DNA from: a virus
DNA: 57,417 nt
Reading direction: 5' to 3' (one strand)
Virus record (IMG/VR): IMGVR_UViG_3300029581_000016
A model generated the notes under the pieces. The model was not told the DNA's origin. It ran no database searches and saw nothing but the letters and a program-made list of their open reading frames with translations. The first letter of the stretch is position 1. The number at the start of each line of letters is the position of its first letter. Shown in pieces: positions 23,673 to 33,949 of the stretch. Both the position numbers and the translations under genes were made by a program.

Positions 23673-25415
23673 TTGCTGGAAAGCGAGGTGCTTTTTCTTT
23701 TGGCATCTGAATATCTGAAGCAAACAATCCAAGGATACGAAAACTACATAAAGCAAAGCGGAATAGATGATAAGGTAATCGGAGCATACATAGACGCGTC
23801 AAAAACGGCGTATCTGAACGAAAAGGATACAGAGTATGGGTTAAAGATTTCTAAGCGCTCTAAAGAGCTTATAGAACAGTATGTGCTAAGTTTGGCTAAG
23901 ATGTCTATATGGGATTTGGATTCACTGGCTAACCAAACAAAGAAAAATTACCAAATCCTTGACAAGTACTATAACTTGTTGAAATTAGAAGCACCATATC
24001 TTTTTCACAGTTATCTACTGTATCTCGAAAAAAATAGGCAAGAAGAAGAAAAATTTTATGCCCCGAAAATGGAACAGTTAAACAGGCATGGTCTGATTCA
24101 AGCTTTACAAGACCTCGAAGATGATAAGCTTGACCTTTTATCTATCTCAATGCCACCCGGCGCACAGAAAACCACGTTAGAGAAGTTTTTTTGCTCATGG
24201 ATAATAGGTAGACACCCGAAAGATTATAGCTTGTTTTTCTCACACTCTGACGACATTACAAGAATGTTTTATGATGGAGTTCTTGATATAACTACCAATA
24301 GCGAAGAATACACATGGAGCGAAATTTTTCCTGACGTAAAACTGCAAAATACAGATGCAAAAAGACAGCGTATCAATTTTGACAAGCCAAAAGCGTTCTC
24401 AAATATACAATGTACATCTGTCGGCAGTAAGAATGCCGGTAAGGTTAGATGTAACAGATATTTGTATTGTGATGACCTTGTTAGTGGCATTGAAGAAGCG
24501 CTTAATAAGAAAGCACTTGATAAGCTGTGGCGTATATATGGAACTGATGCAAGGCAAAGAAAGCTGAATGAGCAAGTTAAGGAAATCCATATTGCTACAC
24601 GTTGGAGTGTACACGATGTTATAGGGAGATTACAAAGAATTTACGCCAAAAGCGACAGGGTTCGTTTTATCGCGGTTCCTGATATTGACCCGGTTACAGG
24701 AAGAAGTAATTTTGACTACAAATATAATGGAATGTCGGTTGAGTTTTTCCACGACCAAGAGCTTACTATGGACGATATTTCATATCGTTGTTTGTACAAA
24801 AATGAGCCAGTTGAGCGTGAAGGACTACTTTACCATGATGACGACCTTAGACGTTTTATGTCAATGCCACTTAGGGAACCAGATGCAATCCTCGGAATCT
24901 GCGATGTTAAGAACAAAGGAACCGACTTTATGTTCTTGCCTTGTATGTACCAGTTCGACAACGATTTTTACTTGGTTGATTGCATCTGCGATGATACGAC
25001 AGATTACGGCATACAGTATAGCCGCTTATCTAACATCATTGTAGACCACAAAATGCAACAGTGCGAGTTCGAGAGTAATTCAGGAGGAGACAGAGTATCT
25101 TACGAAGTGGCTCAAAGGGTCGAGAAGATGGGCGGACGGTGCAATATTACAGACAAGCCAACGGAAACCAATAAAGAGACAAGAATTATTGTTAATGCTG
25201 ATTGGGTCAAGAAACATGTCTTATTTAAGTCGGTAGAAAATTATAAACCAAAAGAAGATTACGGAATAATGATGACATGGCTTTTGACTTATTCAGTAGT
25301 CGGCAAAAATGACCATGACGATGTGCCAGACGGCTTGGCTAACTTTTGTCTTTTCGTTACAAGAGGTAGCTTAGTAGCTAAATGTGAAGCAGCAGTTAAT
25401 CCATTCAGGAGGTGA
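23673..25415 (+). CDS. terL: terminase large subunit
   Basis: Walker-A-like SMPPGAQKTT, nuclease-half acidic motifs, and its size and position before the portal. The start is uncertain (TTG 23673 or 23700) because a hairpin plus T-run lies at 23664-23700. Confidence 0.85.
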   Translation: MLESEVLFLLASEYLKQTIQGYENYIKQSGIDDKVIGAYIDASKTAYLNEKDTEYGLKISKRSKELIEQYVLSLAKMSIWDLDSLANQTKKNYQILDKYYNLLKLEAPYLFHSYLLYLEKNRQEEEKFYAPKMEQLNRHGLIQALQDLEDDKLDLLSISMPPGAQKTTLEKFFCSWIIGRHPKDYSLFFSHSDDITRMFYDGVLDITTNSEEYTWSEIFPDVKLQNTDAKRQRINFDKPKAFSNIQCTSVGSKNAGKVRCNRYLYCDDLVSGIEEALNKKALDKLWRIYGTDARQRKLNEQVKEIHIATRWSVHDVIGRLQRIYAKSDRVRFIAVPDIDPVTGRSNFDYKYNGMSVEFFHDQELTMDDISYRCLYKNEPVEREGLLYHDDDLRRFMSMPLREPDAILGICDVKNKGTDFMFLPCMYQFDNDFYLVDCICDDTTDYGIQYSRLSNIIVDHKMQQCEFESNSGGDRVSYEVAQRVEKMGGRCNITDKPTETNKETRIIVNADWVKKHVLFKSVENYKPKEDYGIMMTWLLTYSVVGKNDHDDVPDGLANFCLFVTRGSLVAKCEAAVNPFRR

Positions 25416-25419
25416 CACG

Positions 25420-25857
25420 ATGACAACAAAAAGTATCTTATCTCAATATATTGACATTAAAGATGAAATCAGGGAAGTAAGAGCCAAAATTGACCGATTG
25501 GAAGCAGATATTCAGAGGATAGAGGACGGAGAGAAAGTTGTTGACAGTGTCACTGGTGGGTTTGGTGGCACGCAACATTTCCGAATTGATGGCGTTCCAT
25601 ATCCTGAATATAGTCGCAAAAAGACTTTGCTTTATTCAAGGAAAACCACTTTACAGTTGCTTGAAGATGATTTGCTTACAAAGACAAACGAAGTCGAACA
25701 GTTTATAGCGAACATACCTGATAGCCGCATGAGAAGGATAATAAATCTCAGGTACCTCGAAAATATGTCATGGAATAAGGTCGCAGACCATATAGGCGGT
25801 GGCAATACAGAGGACAGCGTGAGGAAAGCATGTGAGAGGTTTCTGAAAAGCAACTAA
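25420..25857 (+). CDS. putative transcriptional regulator with a C-terminal sigma-70 region-4-like HTH
   Basis: RBS caggaggtga. N-terminal coiled coil. C-terminus RRIINLRYLENMSWNKVADHIG. Confidence 0.5.
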   Translation: MTTKSILSQYIDIKDEIREVRAKIDRLEADIQRIEDGEKVVDSVTGGFGGTQHFRIDGVPYPEYSRKKTLLYSRKTTLQLLEDDLLTKTNEVEQFIANIPDSRMRRIINLRYLENMSWNKVADHIGGGNTEDSVRKACERFLKSN

Positions 25858-25940
25858 AGTTGTCCGATATGTCCGCTTGACGATATGTTATAGTTATACT
25901 TGGAAAGTTCGTTCAAGAGCTTAATATTCACTCCTCTAGG

Positions 25941-25970
25941 AAAGCATCGTCTTAATGGCGGTGCTTTTTT
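25941..25970 (+). terminator. intrinsic terminator
   Basis: 9-bp stem aaagcatcg/cggtgcttt running into tttttt. Confidence 0.65.
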
Positions 25971-25986
25971 GTGCGAAAGGTAATTT

Positions 25987-26184
25987 ATGAAAAAAGATAA
26001 ATGCAAAATATACTGTCCACAATGCCACCGCCGGGTTGCGGAGTGGGACGGAAAATATTCAGGGAATATAATTGCCGGTTGCCGTAAGTGTCACAAAAAG
26101 ATTGTGTATTACACAAATACAGGCATTACGGACACAAAGCCATGGGAGCCAAGGAGAACGGCAAGTGGCATGACATATCTATAA
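25987..26184 (+). CDS. Cys-rich zinc-ribbon protein (KTR-like)
   Basis: CPQCHRR....GCRKCHKK two-CxxC arrangement. Confidence 0.5.
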   Translation: MKKDKCKIYCPQCHRRVAEWDGKYSGNIIAGCRKCHKKIVYYTNTGITDTKPWEPRRTASGMTYL

Positions 26185-26198
26185 GGAGCAGATAACTA

Positions 26199-27635
26199 AT
26201 GAACCGTGGAACACTTCAAGACCTTGTTAGAGGTTGCTATGGGCGAAAAATTGCATACACCGATGTAGATACAATAACTGCTAACAATGTTTTTAAGGTT
26301 ATTGGAAGTACTATTGGTATATTTAATTGGAATAAACCAATAATTAAGTATCTGTGGGACTATTACAAAGGCGACCAACCAATATTATACAGGCACAAGC
26401 TAAATAACGAAGATATTACAAACAAGATTGTAGAGAACCACGCATATGAAATTGTCCAATTCAAGGTAGGACAGACATATGGTGAACCAATCCAGTTTAT
26501 AAGCCGCAAAGATGATGAGACTATCAATAAAGCTGTTGATATGCTTAATGATTTTATGACAGATGCCAATAAACAAGAAAAAGACATTAAAGCTGGAGAA
26601 TGGCAATCAGCAACAGGAACATCCTTTAAGGCTGTCCAACCTAAAAATGGCGATGTGCCATTTAGAATTGTAGCACCCACACCAATGAATACTTATACTG
26701 TCTACAATGAAAGCACAGAAGAACCTATGCTTGTTGTGCAGGAACTTAAAGACGAGGACGGAAATTGGTATAAAATGGCATTCTCCGACACCACATCATT
26801 CAGAATTGTTGACAGCAAAGTAGTTGAAGCAAAACTACATACATATGGTGAAATTCCTATCGTTGAGTTTCCTAATAATCACGAAAGAATATCCGATATT
26901 GAGCTTGTTATCGGTATGCTTGACGCTATCAACAATATGCAGTCTAACAGAATGGATAGCATACAGCAGTTTGTCGAGTATTGGGTTAAGTTCGTGAACT
27001 GTGAAGTTGATACAGAAACTTTCAATAAAATGAAAGAGAGCCATGCTCTTGTTGTTAAGTCTATCAATAAGGACAACAAGTCCGATGTAGAGATTATGAC
27101 ACAAGAGCTTAATCAGACACAATGCCAAGTTGCTAAGGAAGATTTGTGGGATAACACATTATCTATATTGGCTATACCAAACAAGCAGGGCAACACAGGT
27201 GGAGATACTCAAGGAGCGGTCGAGTTAAGAAATGGATGGGATTTCTCTAAGACGAGAGCAAAGCTAAAAGACCCCATTGTTAAATCATGTGAAAAGCGAT
27301 TGGCTGTAGTGGTTCTTAATATATTAAGACTTGCAGGAAATGATTTAAAATTGTCAGTTAGAGATTTTGACATACAAATAAATCACAGTCCGCAGGACAA
27401 TATGTACACTAAGGCACAAACCCTTACAGTACTGCTTCAAAGTGGAATACATCCGCTTATAGCGATTAAGACAGTAGGATTATGGGGGGATGCAGAAAAA
27501 ACATTCTTGCTATCAAAACCATATCTGGACAATATATACAAGACTATTGAAAATGCAAAAGAGCAAGAAAAGAAAGCACAGGAGATAGTTAATCAACTCA
27601 ATAATAATCAGCAAAATAAGGCAGTTATCGAATAA
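26199..27635 (+). CDS. portal protein (SPP1 Gp6-like)
   Basis: 478 aa, immediately after terL. The N-terminal ...KYLWDYYKGDQPIL... is typical of SPP1-family portals. Confidence 0.85.
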   Translation: MNRGTLQDLVRGCYGRKIAYTDVDTITANNVFKVIGSTIGIFNWNKPIIKYLWDYYKGDQPILYRHKLNNEDITNKIVENHAYEIVQFKVGQTYGEPIQFISRKDDETINKAVDMLNDFMTDANKQEKDIKAGEWQSATGTSFKAVQPKNGDVPFRIVAPTPMNTYTVYNESTEEPMLVVQELKDEDGNWYKMAFSDTTSFRIVDSKVVEAKLHTYGEIPIVEFPNNHERISDIELVIGMLDAINNMQSNRMDSIQQFVEYWVKFVNCEVDTETFNKMKESHALVVKSINKDNKSDVEIMTQELNQTQCQVAKEDLWDNTLSILAIPNKQGNTGGDTQGAVELRNGWDFSKTRAKLKDPIVKSCEKRLAVVVLNILRLAGNDLKLSVRDFDIQINHSPQDNMYTKAQTLTVLLQSGIHPLIAIKTVGLWGDAEKTFLLSKPYLDNIYKTIENAKEQEKKAQEIVNQLNNNQQNKAVIE

Positions 27636-27743
27636 CCGGTAGCTGCTTTTATTTTATACATTTTGCACCTATGCGGTAAATAGGAGAGAAACTCAGCAGG
27701 AGCGACCTGCGGTAACAAAAGCGTGAGTTTAACGGAGGTAATT

Positions 27744-28301
27744 ATGACAAGAGAAGATGTGTTGAAACTGTTTCCGGAAGCAACAGACGAACAGATTACA
27801 AATCTGCTTAATCAGAACAATTCAGAAGTTGCCAAGGAAAAGAACAAGGCGAGCCAGTACAAGTCCAAGGCTGACACAGCAGACGACCTGCAGAAACAGC
27901 TTGATGAGCTACAGGCTGGCAACATGACAGAACTTGAAAAGGCAAATAAAGCCTTAGAAACAGCTAATCAGCAGATAGCAGAATTACAGAAGTCTAATGC
28001 TATCAGAGACCAGAGAGAAGCAGCTATGACTAATTTTAAGATTACTGCTGAACAGGCAAAAATAGTTGTTAAAGATGATGGAAACCTTGATTACACAGAA
28101 CTTGGCAAGATTATGTCCGAGAAAGAAACGGCTGCAGCACAGGCTAAGGAACAGGAGATTGCAAAACATCAGGATATTCCGGGCGGTGGCAGTAATAAAG
28201 GTGGTGCAGACAATAAGACAAACGCTGAAAAGATAGCAGAAAGTCTTATGTCTAACGCACCTAAGAACAATGACGTTTTATCACATTACATCCAACAATA
28301 A
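27744..28301 (+). CDS. scaffolding protein
   Basis: Coiled-coil, charged, about 185 aa, between the portal and capsid genes. RBS ggaggt. Confidence 0.7.
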   Translation: MTREDVLKLFPEATDEQITNLLNQNNSEVAKEKNKASQYKSKADTADDLQKQLDELQAGNMTELEKANKALETANQQIAELQKSNAIRDQREAAMTNFKITAEQAKIVVKDDGNLDYTELGKIMSEKETAAAQAKEQEIAKHQDIPGGGSNKGGADNKTNAEKIAESLMSNAPKNNDVLSHYIQQ

Positions 28302-28314
28302 CAGGAGGTAAAAA

Positions 28315-28668
28315 ATGGCAAAGGAAATGAATATGCAGTATGAAAAGACTTCATACGCAGGAGATGTTCAGATTTTAAAGAGAGAGCCTAATGAAGCAAT
28401 CCCATTAACACTTGATTTTGATGGCGTAACAACTAAAAACGCACAGGGCAAGAAAATTGTCAAAGCAGGTACTCCAATCGGAGCAAATGGCAAGGCTGAC
28501 AATACAGCTACAGTAGTTGGTATCTTAAGGTTTGATGTAACAGAGGACAGACCACAGGGAGTACTGCTTAAGAAAGCATACCTTAATACAAAGGCGGCAG
28601 AAGCACACTCAGGCGTTACATATGACGCAGCGGTTAAGACAGCTCTTCCAATGATTGTATTTGAATAA
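28315..28668 (+). CDS. putative head decoration / minor capsid protein
   Basis: Called from position between scaffold and major capsid, and from its beta-rich 117 aa. Confidence 0.5.
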   Translation: MAKEMNMQYEKTSYAGDVQILKREPNEAIPLTLDFDGVTTKNAQGKKIVKAGTPIGANGKADNTATVVGILRFDVTEDRPQGVLLKKAYLNTKAAEAHSGVTYDAAVKTALPMIVFE

Positions 28669-28685
28669 TAACAGGAGGTAAACAG

Positions 28686-29759
28686 ATGTTAATTAATGAA
28701 GTATTAGACAGTAAGTCTATTGCGTTATCAGCAACAGAAAACGCTAGTAATCAGATACCTTATCTTGGTTTACAGTGGTTTCCAGAAAGAAAGAAGCAGG
28801 GTCTTGATTTAAGTTGGATTAAGACACATAAAGGACTTCCAGTATCACTTGCACCATCTAATTTTGACACAATTCCAACTCTTAGAGCTAGAGAGGGATT
28901 AAGCAAAGAAAAAACACAGATGGCATTTTTCCGTGAGGGAATAACAGTCGGTGAAGAAGAAATGCTTGAAATCGAGCGTGTTAAGTCTGCGGATGACCCA
29001 TATCTTGCTAGCGCTTTATCAAGCGTGTATGACGACACAAATAATCTTGTAAGCGGTGCAGAGGTTGTACCAGAGCGAATGAGAATGTCACTTCTTGCGA
29101 CAAATGCAGGACACCCGGTAATTGCTATTGTGAGTGATGGCGTTCAGTATGCCTATGATTATGACAAAGATGGTTCATACGCAAAAGACCATTACGCAAA
29201 GTTATCTGGCACAAGTATGTGGAGCGATACAACCAATTCAAAGCCACTTACAGACCTTAATAATGCGAGAAAGAAGTTACAGAAACAGGGCAAGATTGCT
29301 AAATATGCACTTATGAACAGCAATACATTCCAGTATTTGCTTGATAATGCACAGATAAGAAACTCAATCCTCGCACAGAATCTTACAGCAACTATTGAGG
29401 TTGATGACGATGCTGTTATTTCAGTAGTACAAAAGAGAGCAAAGCTCACCATCGTACTTTACGATAAGATGTACATTGACGATGATGACAAGGAACAGTA
29501 CTTCTACCCAGATAACAAGGTCACACTTCTTCCAGAGGGAAATCTTGGTAATACCTGGTTCGGTACTACACCAGAGGAAAGAACAGCAAGACAGGTGGCT
29601 GATGTAGATGTAACAGTATACGGCACAGGTATCACAGTCGCTACAAAGACAGAGTACGGACCACCTATGAAGATGTCAACATTTGCTTCCGAAGTTGTAC
29701 TTCCATCATACGAGAATATGGATAGCACATTCGTATATGAGGTTCATAGCGAAGAGTAG
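28686..29759 (+). CDS. major capsid protein (E-like family)
   Basis: 357 aa. The N-terminal ...YLGLQWFPERKK..LDLSWIK... resembles the Phage_cap_E family. Position fits. Confidence 0.8.
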   Translation: MLINEVLDSKSIALSATENASNQIPYLGLQWFPERKKQGLDLSWIKTHKGLPVSLAPSNFDTIPTLRAREGLSKEKTQMAFFREGITVGEEEMLEIERVKSADDPYLASALSSVYDDTNNLVSGAEVVPERMRMSLLATNAGHPVIAIVSDGVQYAYDYDKDGSYAKDHYAKLSGTSMWSDTTNSKPLTDLNNARKKLQKQGKIAKYALMNSNTFQYLLDNAQIRNSILAQNLTATIEVDDDAVISVVQKRAKLTIVLYDKMYIDDDDKEQYFYPDNKVTLLPEGNLGNTWFGTTPEERTARQVADVDVTVYGTGITVATKTEYGPPMKMSTFASEVVLPSYENMDSTFVYEVHSEE

Positions 29760-29770
29760 GAGGTACGACT

Positions 29771-29998
29771 ATGAAATACCCATATATAGTAGTTCACAAT
29801 GGTAAATGGTATAACGCAGGTGAAGAAGTTCCAGAAAACAATAATTCTGGAGCTTCTTTTGATTATAGTAAAACAACCATAAATCGTATGCCTACATCTG
29901 ATTTACAGGAACTTGCCACAAAACAGGGCATAGAAAACGCAGGCGAAATCAGCGGTGCAGAACTTAAAAAGATGTTAATCGAGAAGTTCGGATTGTAG
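29771..29998 (+). CDS. small protein with a Rho-N/HeH-like motif
   Basis: TSDLQELATKQGIENAGEISGAELKKMLIE. Confidence 0.5.
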   Translation: MKYPYIVVHNGKWYNAGEEVPENNNSGASFDYSKTTINRMPTSDLQELATKQGIENAGEISGAELKKMLIEKFGL

Positions 29999-30006
29999 GA
30001 GGGCTT

Positions 30007-30369
30007 ATGCTATACACAACATTAGAGCAGGTCAAGATAAGGCTTAAACAATATCACATGGAGACAACCGAAAATGCTAGTGTTGTGGTATGGGATGAAT
30101 TAGAGGACAATCCGCACATCGAACAGCTTATTGAGCAGGCAAGGCAAGAGATTGTCAACGTAAGGAATTATCCGAGCAGCTATACACAAGAGCAAATTGA
30201 TGATGACTTAGCTAAGTATGAGAGCGTTATCGTCAACCTCACGGTGTATGACCACTCGCAAGCTGGTGAAAGCTTTATGGCAAGTTATTCCGAGAACGGC
30301 ATTAATCGTAATTGGGTTGACCGCAATAATCTACTCGCCGGGGTAATTCCATTCGTTAAGGTATTATAA
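30007..30369 (+). CDS. head-tail connector (gp6-like)
   Basis: TLEQVKIRLKQ....D..IEQLIEQARQEI pattern and position. Confidence 0.6.
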   Translation: MLYTTLEQVKIRLKQYHMETTENASVVVWDELEDNPHIEQLIEQARQEIVNVRNYPSSYTQEQIDDDLAKYESVIVNLTVYDHSQAGESFMASYSENGINRNWVDRNNLLAGVIPFVKVL

Positions 30370-30457
30370 GAAGATTGTGCGTTACCAATATGGTAGCAGG
30401 CGGCACACATTAAGGGTGGTGGGCGGTGTGCCATATTTTAATCGCAGGAGATATAAA

Positions 30458-30766
30458 ATGAAAGAAATTTTATTACAGACTTACACCATAGCATTGCCAA
30501 TATTGCTTGGTTACATAGTTTGGCTTCTGAAACAACAGAAAAAAGACAAGGACGCCAACAGCAAAGGTACAATGCTGCTTTTGCGAGTACAGCTTATCGA
30601 ATACCATGATAAGTACATGAAACTTGGTGAAATTCCATCTTATGCGTATGACAACTTTATTGAGATGTACAACGCATATCACACATTAGGCGGTAATGGC
30701 ATGGTTACGAAGATGTATAACGAGATACAGGCATTACATTTAGGCAAAGCAGGAGGTAAGGATTGA
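30458..30766 (+). CDS. membrane protein, holin-associated
   Basis: ORF 30377-30766. The ATG at 30458 follows caggag. N-terminal TM helix TYTIALPILLGYIVWLL. Confidence 0.5.
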   Translation: MKEILLQTYTIALPILLGYIVWLLKQQKKDKDANSKGTMLLLRVQLIEYHDKYMKLGEIPSYAYDNFIEMYNAYHTLGGNGMVTKMYNEIQALHLGKAGGKD

Positions 30767-31035
30767 TGGATATTACACAGGTATCAACAGTAGTTGCAAT
30801 CGTTGTTATCACTTACTTAATCGGATTAGCTGTTAAGGCAATCCCACAGATTAAGGACAACTACATTCCCATAATCGTAGGTATTGCAGGCGGTATCTTA
30901 GGTGTTATCGGTATGTATGTAATTCCTGATTTCCCGGCGAATGACATTCTCAATGCTATTGCGGTCGGCATAGTGTCGGGGCTGTCAAGCACCGGAGTGA
31001 ATCAGGTCTACAAACAGGTAAAGAAAGATGCTTGA
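30766..31035 (+). CDS. holin
   Basis: Three hydrophobic helices and a charged C-terminal tail (VVAIVVITYLIGLAV, IPIIVGIAGGILGVIGMYVI, AIAVGIVSGL, ..KQVKKDA). Confidence 0.7.
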   Translation: MDITQVSTVVAIVVITYLIGLAVKAIPQIKDNYIPIIVGIAGGILGVIGMYVIPDFPANDILNAIAVGIVSGLSSTGVNQVYKQVKKDA

Positions 31036-31492
31036 CATTAATAAGCAGAACATGAAGTACTCTCGGCAAGGACAGCGTACAGTTGTTTATGAGACTGACA
31101 GTGAGGGCAACATAATCTATGAGGGATACACTGACAGTGAGGGTAACTTTATTCCGTATCTTGATGATGATGGTAATAAGATACCGCGCATCAAGGAGGA
31201 ATACATAGGCTATTCACTGCCGGTTGCTTTCAAAGCAAATATCGCCTTTAGCGGCGGCGAAGCACAGGCGGAAGAGTATGGCTTTAACGTGGCAGACTTT
31301 GATGCAGTTATGCTGACGGAACGCAACGAGCTACCATTGAGCAAAGGTGATGTTATATGGCTTGACAGTGAAATTGGCTACAAGGACGAGGATAAGGTTC
31401 ATGTTGACGAGATTACGGCGGATTTCATTGTCGTCGGAGTAAAGCCTTCTTTAACCTCCACAAAGTACATGCTGAAAGCTCAGGTGAAGTGA
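31028..31492 (+). CDS. putative head-tail joining protein
   Basis: Called from position only. Confidence 0.45.
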   Translation: MLDINKQNMKYSRQGQRTVVYETDSEGNIIYEGYTDSEGNFIPYLDDDGNKIPRIKEEYIGYSLPVAFKANIAFSGGEAQAEEYGFNVADFDAVMLTERNELPLSKGDVIWLDSEIGYKDEDKVHVDEITADFIVVGVKPSLTSTKYMLKAQVK

Positions 31493-32025
31493 TGGCAAAG
31501 CACAAGATTGTTGTTAATGTATTTTCGCAGAAGTCCATTGAGGACGCGATAAAAGGCTTACAGAGCTATCAAGATTATCTGACATATAAATGTCAACTAC
31601 TTGCGGAAAAACTGGCAGAAAGAGGCGTTGAGATTGCGAGAGTACAGGTTGCGGAGCTTGACGCAATATTCACAACTGAATTGCTTTCAAGTATTCATTC
31701 TGAATATAAAGGAAGCGTAAAAGGTGGCGGCGTATGGGCGGTTGTAGCAGACAGCTCACACGCTGTTTTTGTTGAATTTGGAACTGGCATTATCGGCAAG
31801 GCACAGCCATATAAAGGCACATTGCCTGAGGGCGTTACTTGGGAGTATGCAAGTGGTAAGACAATCAGACAGCTTGCAGATGGGCGTTATGGTTGGTTTT
31901 ACAAGGGTGCGGATGGCAACTGGTACTTCACAGAGGGTATGCCGTCAAGACCGTTCATGTACAACACAGCGAATGAGCTTAGGTCAATTATTGTCAGTAC
32001 AGCAAAGGAGGTATTCAAGGACTAA
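31489..32025 (+). CDS. HK97 gp10-like tail-component protein
   Basis: ...AVFVEFGTGIIG... motif and position. Confidence 0.65.
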   Translation: MMAKHKIVVNVFSQKSIEDAIKGLQSYQDYLTYKCQLLAEKLAERGVEIARVQVAELDAIFTTELLSSIHSEYKGSVKGGGVWAVVADSSHAVFVEFGTGIIGKAQPYKGTLPEGVTWEYASGKTIRQLADGRYGWFYKGADGNWYFTEGMPSRPFMYNTANELRSIIVSTAKEVFKD

Positions 32026-32441
32026 TGGCGAGCGAAAATTCATGGGCCTATGACATTGAGAGCACAGTCTATTCCATTGTCAAGGCTAAGACATATTCAG
32101 CGATTAAGAAGAAATACCCCAACTTGCTGTTTACGGATAAAGGGCAGAGTGACAGCTCACCGACATTCCCAACAGTCTACATTCACATGTTGGCACCGAC
32201 AGAGCAAGGACGAACGCTTGACGGACAGACAATTAACGGCTTACTTGTCACAGTTCAAGTTGACATTAGCACGAACACGAACAGTTCAGACGTGCGTTGG
32301 GTGATGAGTGAAATTGCCGAGGTATTCAAGGCTATGCGGTTTGAAGCCAAGCCGATGCCGGAAACTACATACGCAAATAAGATATATAGAAGCACCGCAC
32401 GATTTAGGCGCGTTATCGGTGCAAATGACAGATTGTTATAA
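32025..32441 (+). CDS. putative tail completion/terminator protein
   Basis: Lies just before the major tail gene and is followed by a hairpin plus T-run. Confidence 0.5.
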   Translation: MASENSWAYDIESTVYSIVKAKTYSAIKKKYPNLLFTDKGQSDSSPTFPTVYIHMLAPTEQGRTLDGQTINGLLVTVQVDISTNTNSSDVRWVMSEIAEVFKAMRFEAKPMPETTYANKIYRSTARFRRVIGANDRLL

Positions 32442-32490
32442 CTAAGAGCTTTTTAAGGCTCTTTTTTTATTTTTATAGGAGGACAAAAAA

Positions 32491-32967
32491 ATGGCAGTAG
32501 CAGGTATATCTACATTAGGTGTTACGTTTGGTTACGGCACTGAAACGACAGCCGGAACTAAGCCGACAACATTCACACAGCTTACCAGAATTAATTCCAT
32601 TGCCGGAATTAGTATTGACCAGGAGAACATTGACGCATCTGCTCTTGAAGATGCAATTACAAGAAACATAAAAGGCAGAGCTGATACGGGCGGAACGTGG
32701 ACTATAACAGTCAACTTTACCGATGCGACAGAGACAGAATGGGAAACACTCATGTCTGCATATAAGGCATTAACAGGTGGCAAGCGTATGTGGTTTGAGA
32801 CTGTAATTCCAGGTATTACCAAGGGATTTTTTGTTGTTGCTCAACCACCAGAAAATGTTCCACATCCTACAATCGACCAGAACGGTCTTTTAACAGTCGA
32901 GTTCAACCTCATAATCGAGGAATACAAAGGACTTGACACAAAGGTGGAGCTTACACCGGGGGAATAG
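32491..32967 (+). CDS. major tail (tube) protein
   Basis: 158 aa, strong RBS, upstream of the chaperone pair. Followed by several stable hairpins. Confidence 0.7.
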   Translation: MAVAGISTLGVTFGYGTETTAGTKPTTFTQLTRINSIAGISIDQENIDASALEDAITRNIKGRADTGGTWTITVNFTDATETEWETLMSAYKALTGGKRMWFETVIPGITKGFFVVAQPPENVPHPTIDQNGLLTVEFNLIIEEYKGLDTKVELTPGE

Positions 32968-33119
32968 TAAGTCATTCAGCTAATATGGCTGTACTGAATG
33001 ACGATACAGCCGATGATTACTTGTCGATGTATGGCAAGTAAGTGATTATTTGACAGAGAAGGGCGGTCTACGGACTGCCCCTTTTCCTATGTGAATCATA
33101 GGAGGAAAAGGAGAGCATA

Positions 33120-33572
33120 ATGATAACATTTGATATTGATAACAAGGAATATAAGTTAGAGTTTGGCTTTGATGCCGCTGAGAATAAGGACATCGTACAG
33201 AAGATGTTCGATTATATGACCGGAGCATACATTTATAAGGAGAACGGCAACACAATCACCGCAATGTCTAACGGTGCCGGTAAGATGGTTGCTGATTATA
33301 GCGAAGTATGTCACATGGCGTTTTATGCCGGCTGCTTACAGCATAATCAGGTCACTAAGGCAGAAGCTAAGGCTCTGACACGAGAATATATTAAACATAA
33401 GAGAAAGACCGACAGCAAGTACGGTTATTATCAGTTATTTGATGACATTAAGAAGTGCATGGAGGACGATGGTTTTTTCGTTTTGAGCGGTCTTCAGGAG
33501 ACAATCGAGCAGATGAACAAGTCGGCGGCGGAGCAACTGGAGATGATGCAGAAAGCAAAGGGGAAAAAGTAA
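33120..33572 (+). CDS. tail assembly chaperone (G-like)
   Basis: Position before the tape measure gene. Ends at a G4A5 slippery run. Confidence 0.7.
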   Translation: MITFDIDNKEYKLEFGFDAAENKDIVQKMFDYMTGAYIYKENGNTITAMSNGAGKMVADYSEVCHMAFYAGCLQHNQVTKAEAKALTREYIKHKRKTDSKYGYYQLFDDIKKCMEDDGFFVLSGLQETIEQMNKSAAEQLEMMQKAKGKK

Positions 33573-33949
33573 ATTTCCACAAACTGATATGGGAAGAATA
33601 CTTCCCGCTTGCGTTTTCTATTGGCATAAGCCTTGAAGAGTTCAAGAAACTCACACCTAAAACTTTAGGCTATTGCCTAGAGGGTGAGAAACTTAGACGC
33701 AAGGAACGAGACAGGGAAGTATGGCTATGGACAAGACAATACGGCTTGCCGGCTATCATCATCGGTACAAGAGGCGGTGCATGGGGCAAGGATAAGGTTG
33801 AATATCCTGAACAGGCTATATATGTTGCACAAGACCCAGTGGAGCAAGAACGGCTTGCAGAACAAAAAAGACAAGAGTTACTTGCACAGCTTATGGGTAT
33901 GCAAGAGAGCTTTGAACGCAATAAGAGAGAAAGAGGCGGTACGGAGTAA
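33120..33949 (+). CDS. tail assembly chaperone, -1 frameshift product (GT-like)
   Basis: The overlapping ORF 33455-33949 is in the -1 frame relative to 33120. The run aaggggaaaaag (33558-33569) sits just before the stop at 33570-33572. Confidence 0.55.

Noticed and set aside
23664-23700. Hairpin aagcacc/ggtgctt plus T-run as a terminator that would exclude the first ~10 codons of the terL ORF.
   Set aside because: I cannot decide from sequence alone. The longest ORF is kept as terL, with the start flagged as uncertain (23673 or 23700).
30377-30457. N-terminal extension of ORF 30377-30766 (MRYQYGSRRHTLRVVGGVPYFNRRRYK).
   Set aside because: It overlaps a stable hairpin and has no RBS. The ATG at 30458 with caggag is the credible start.
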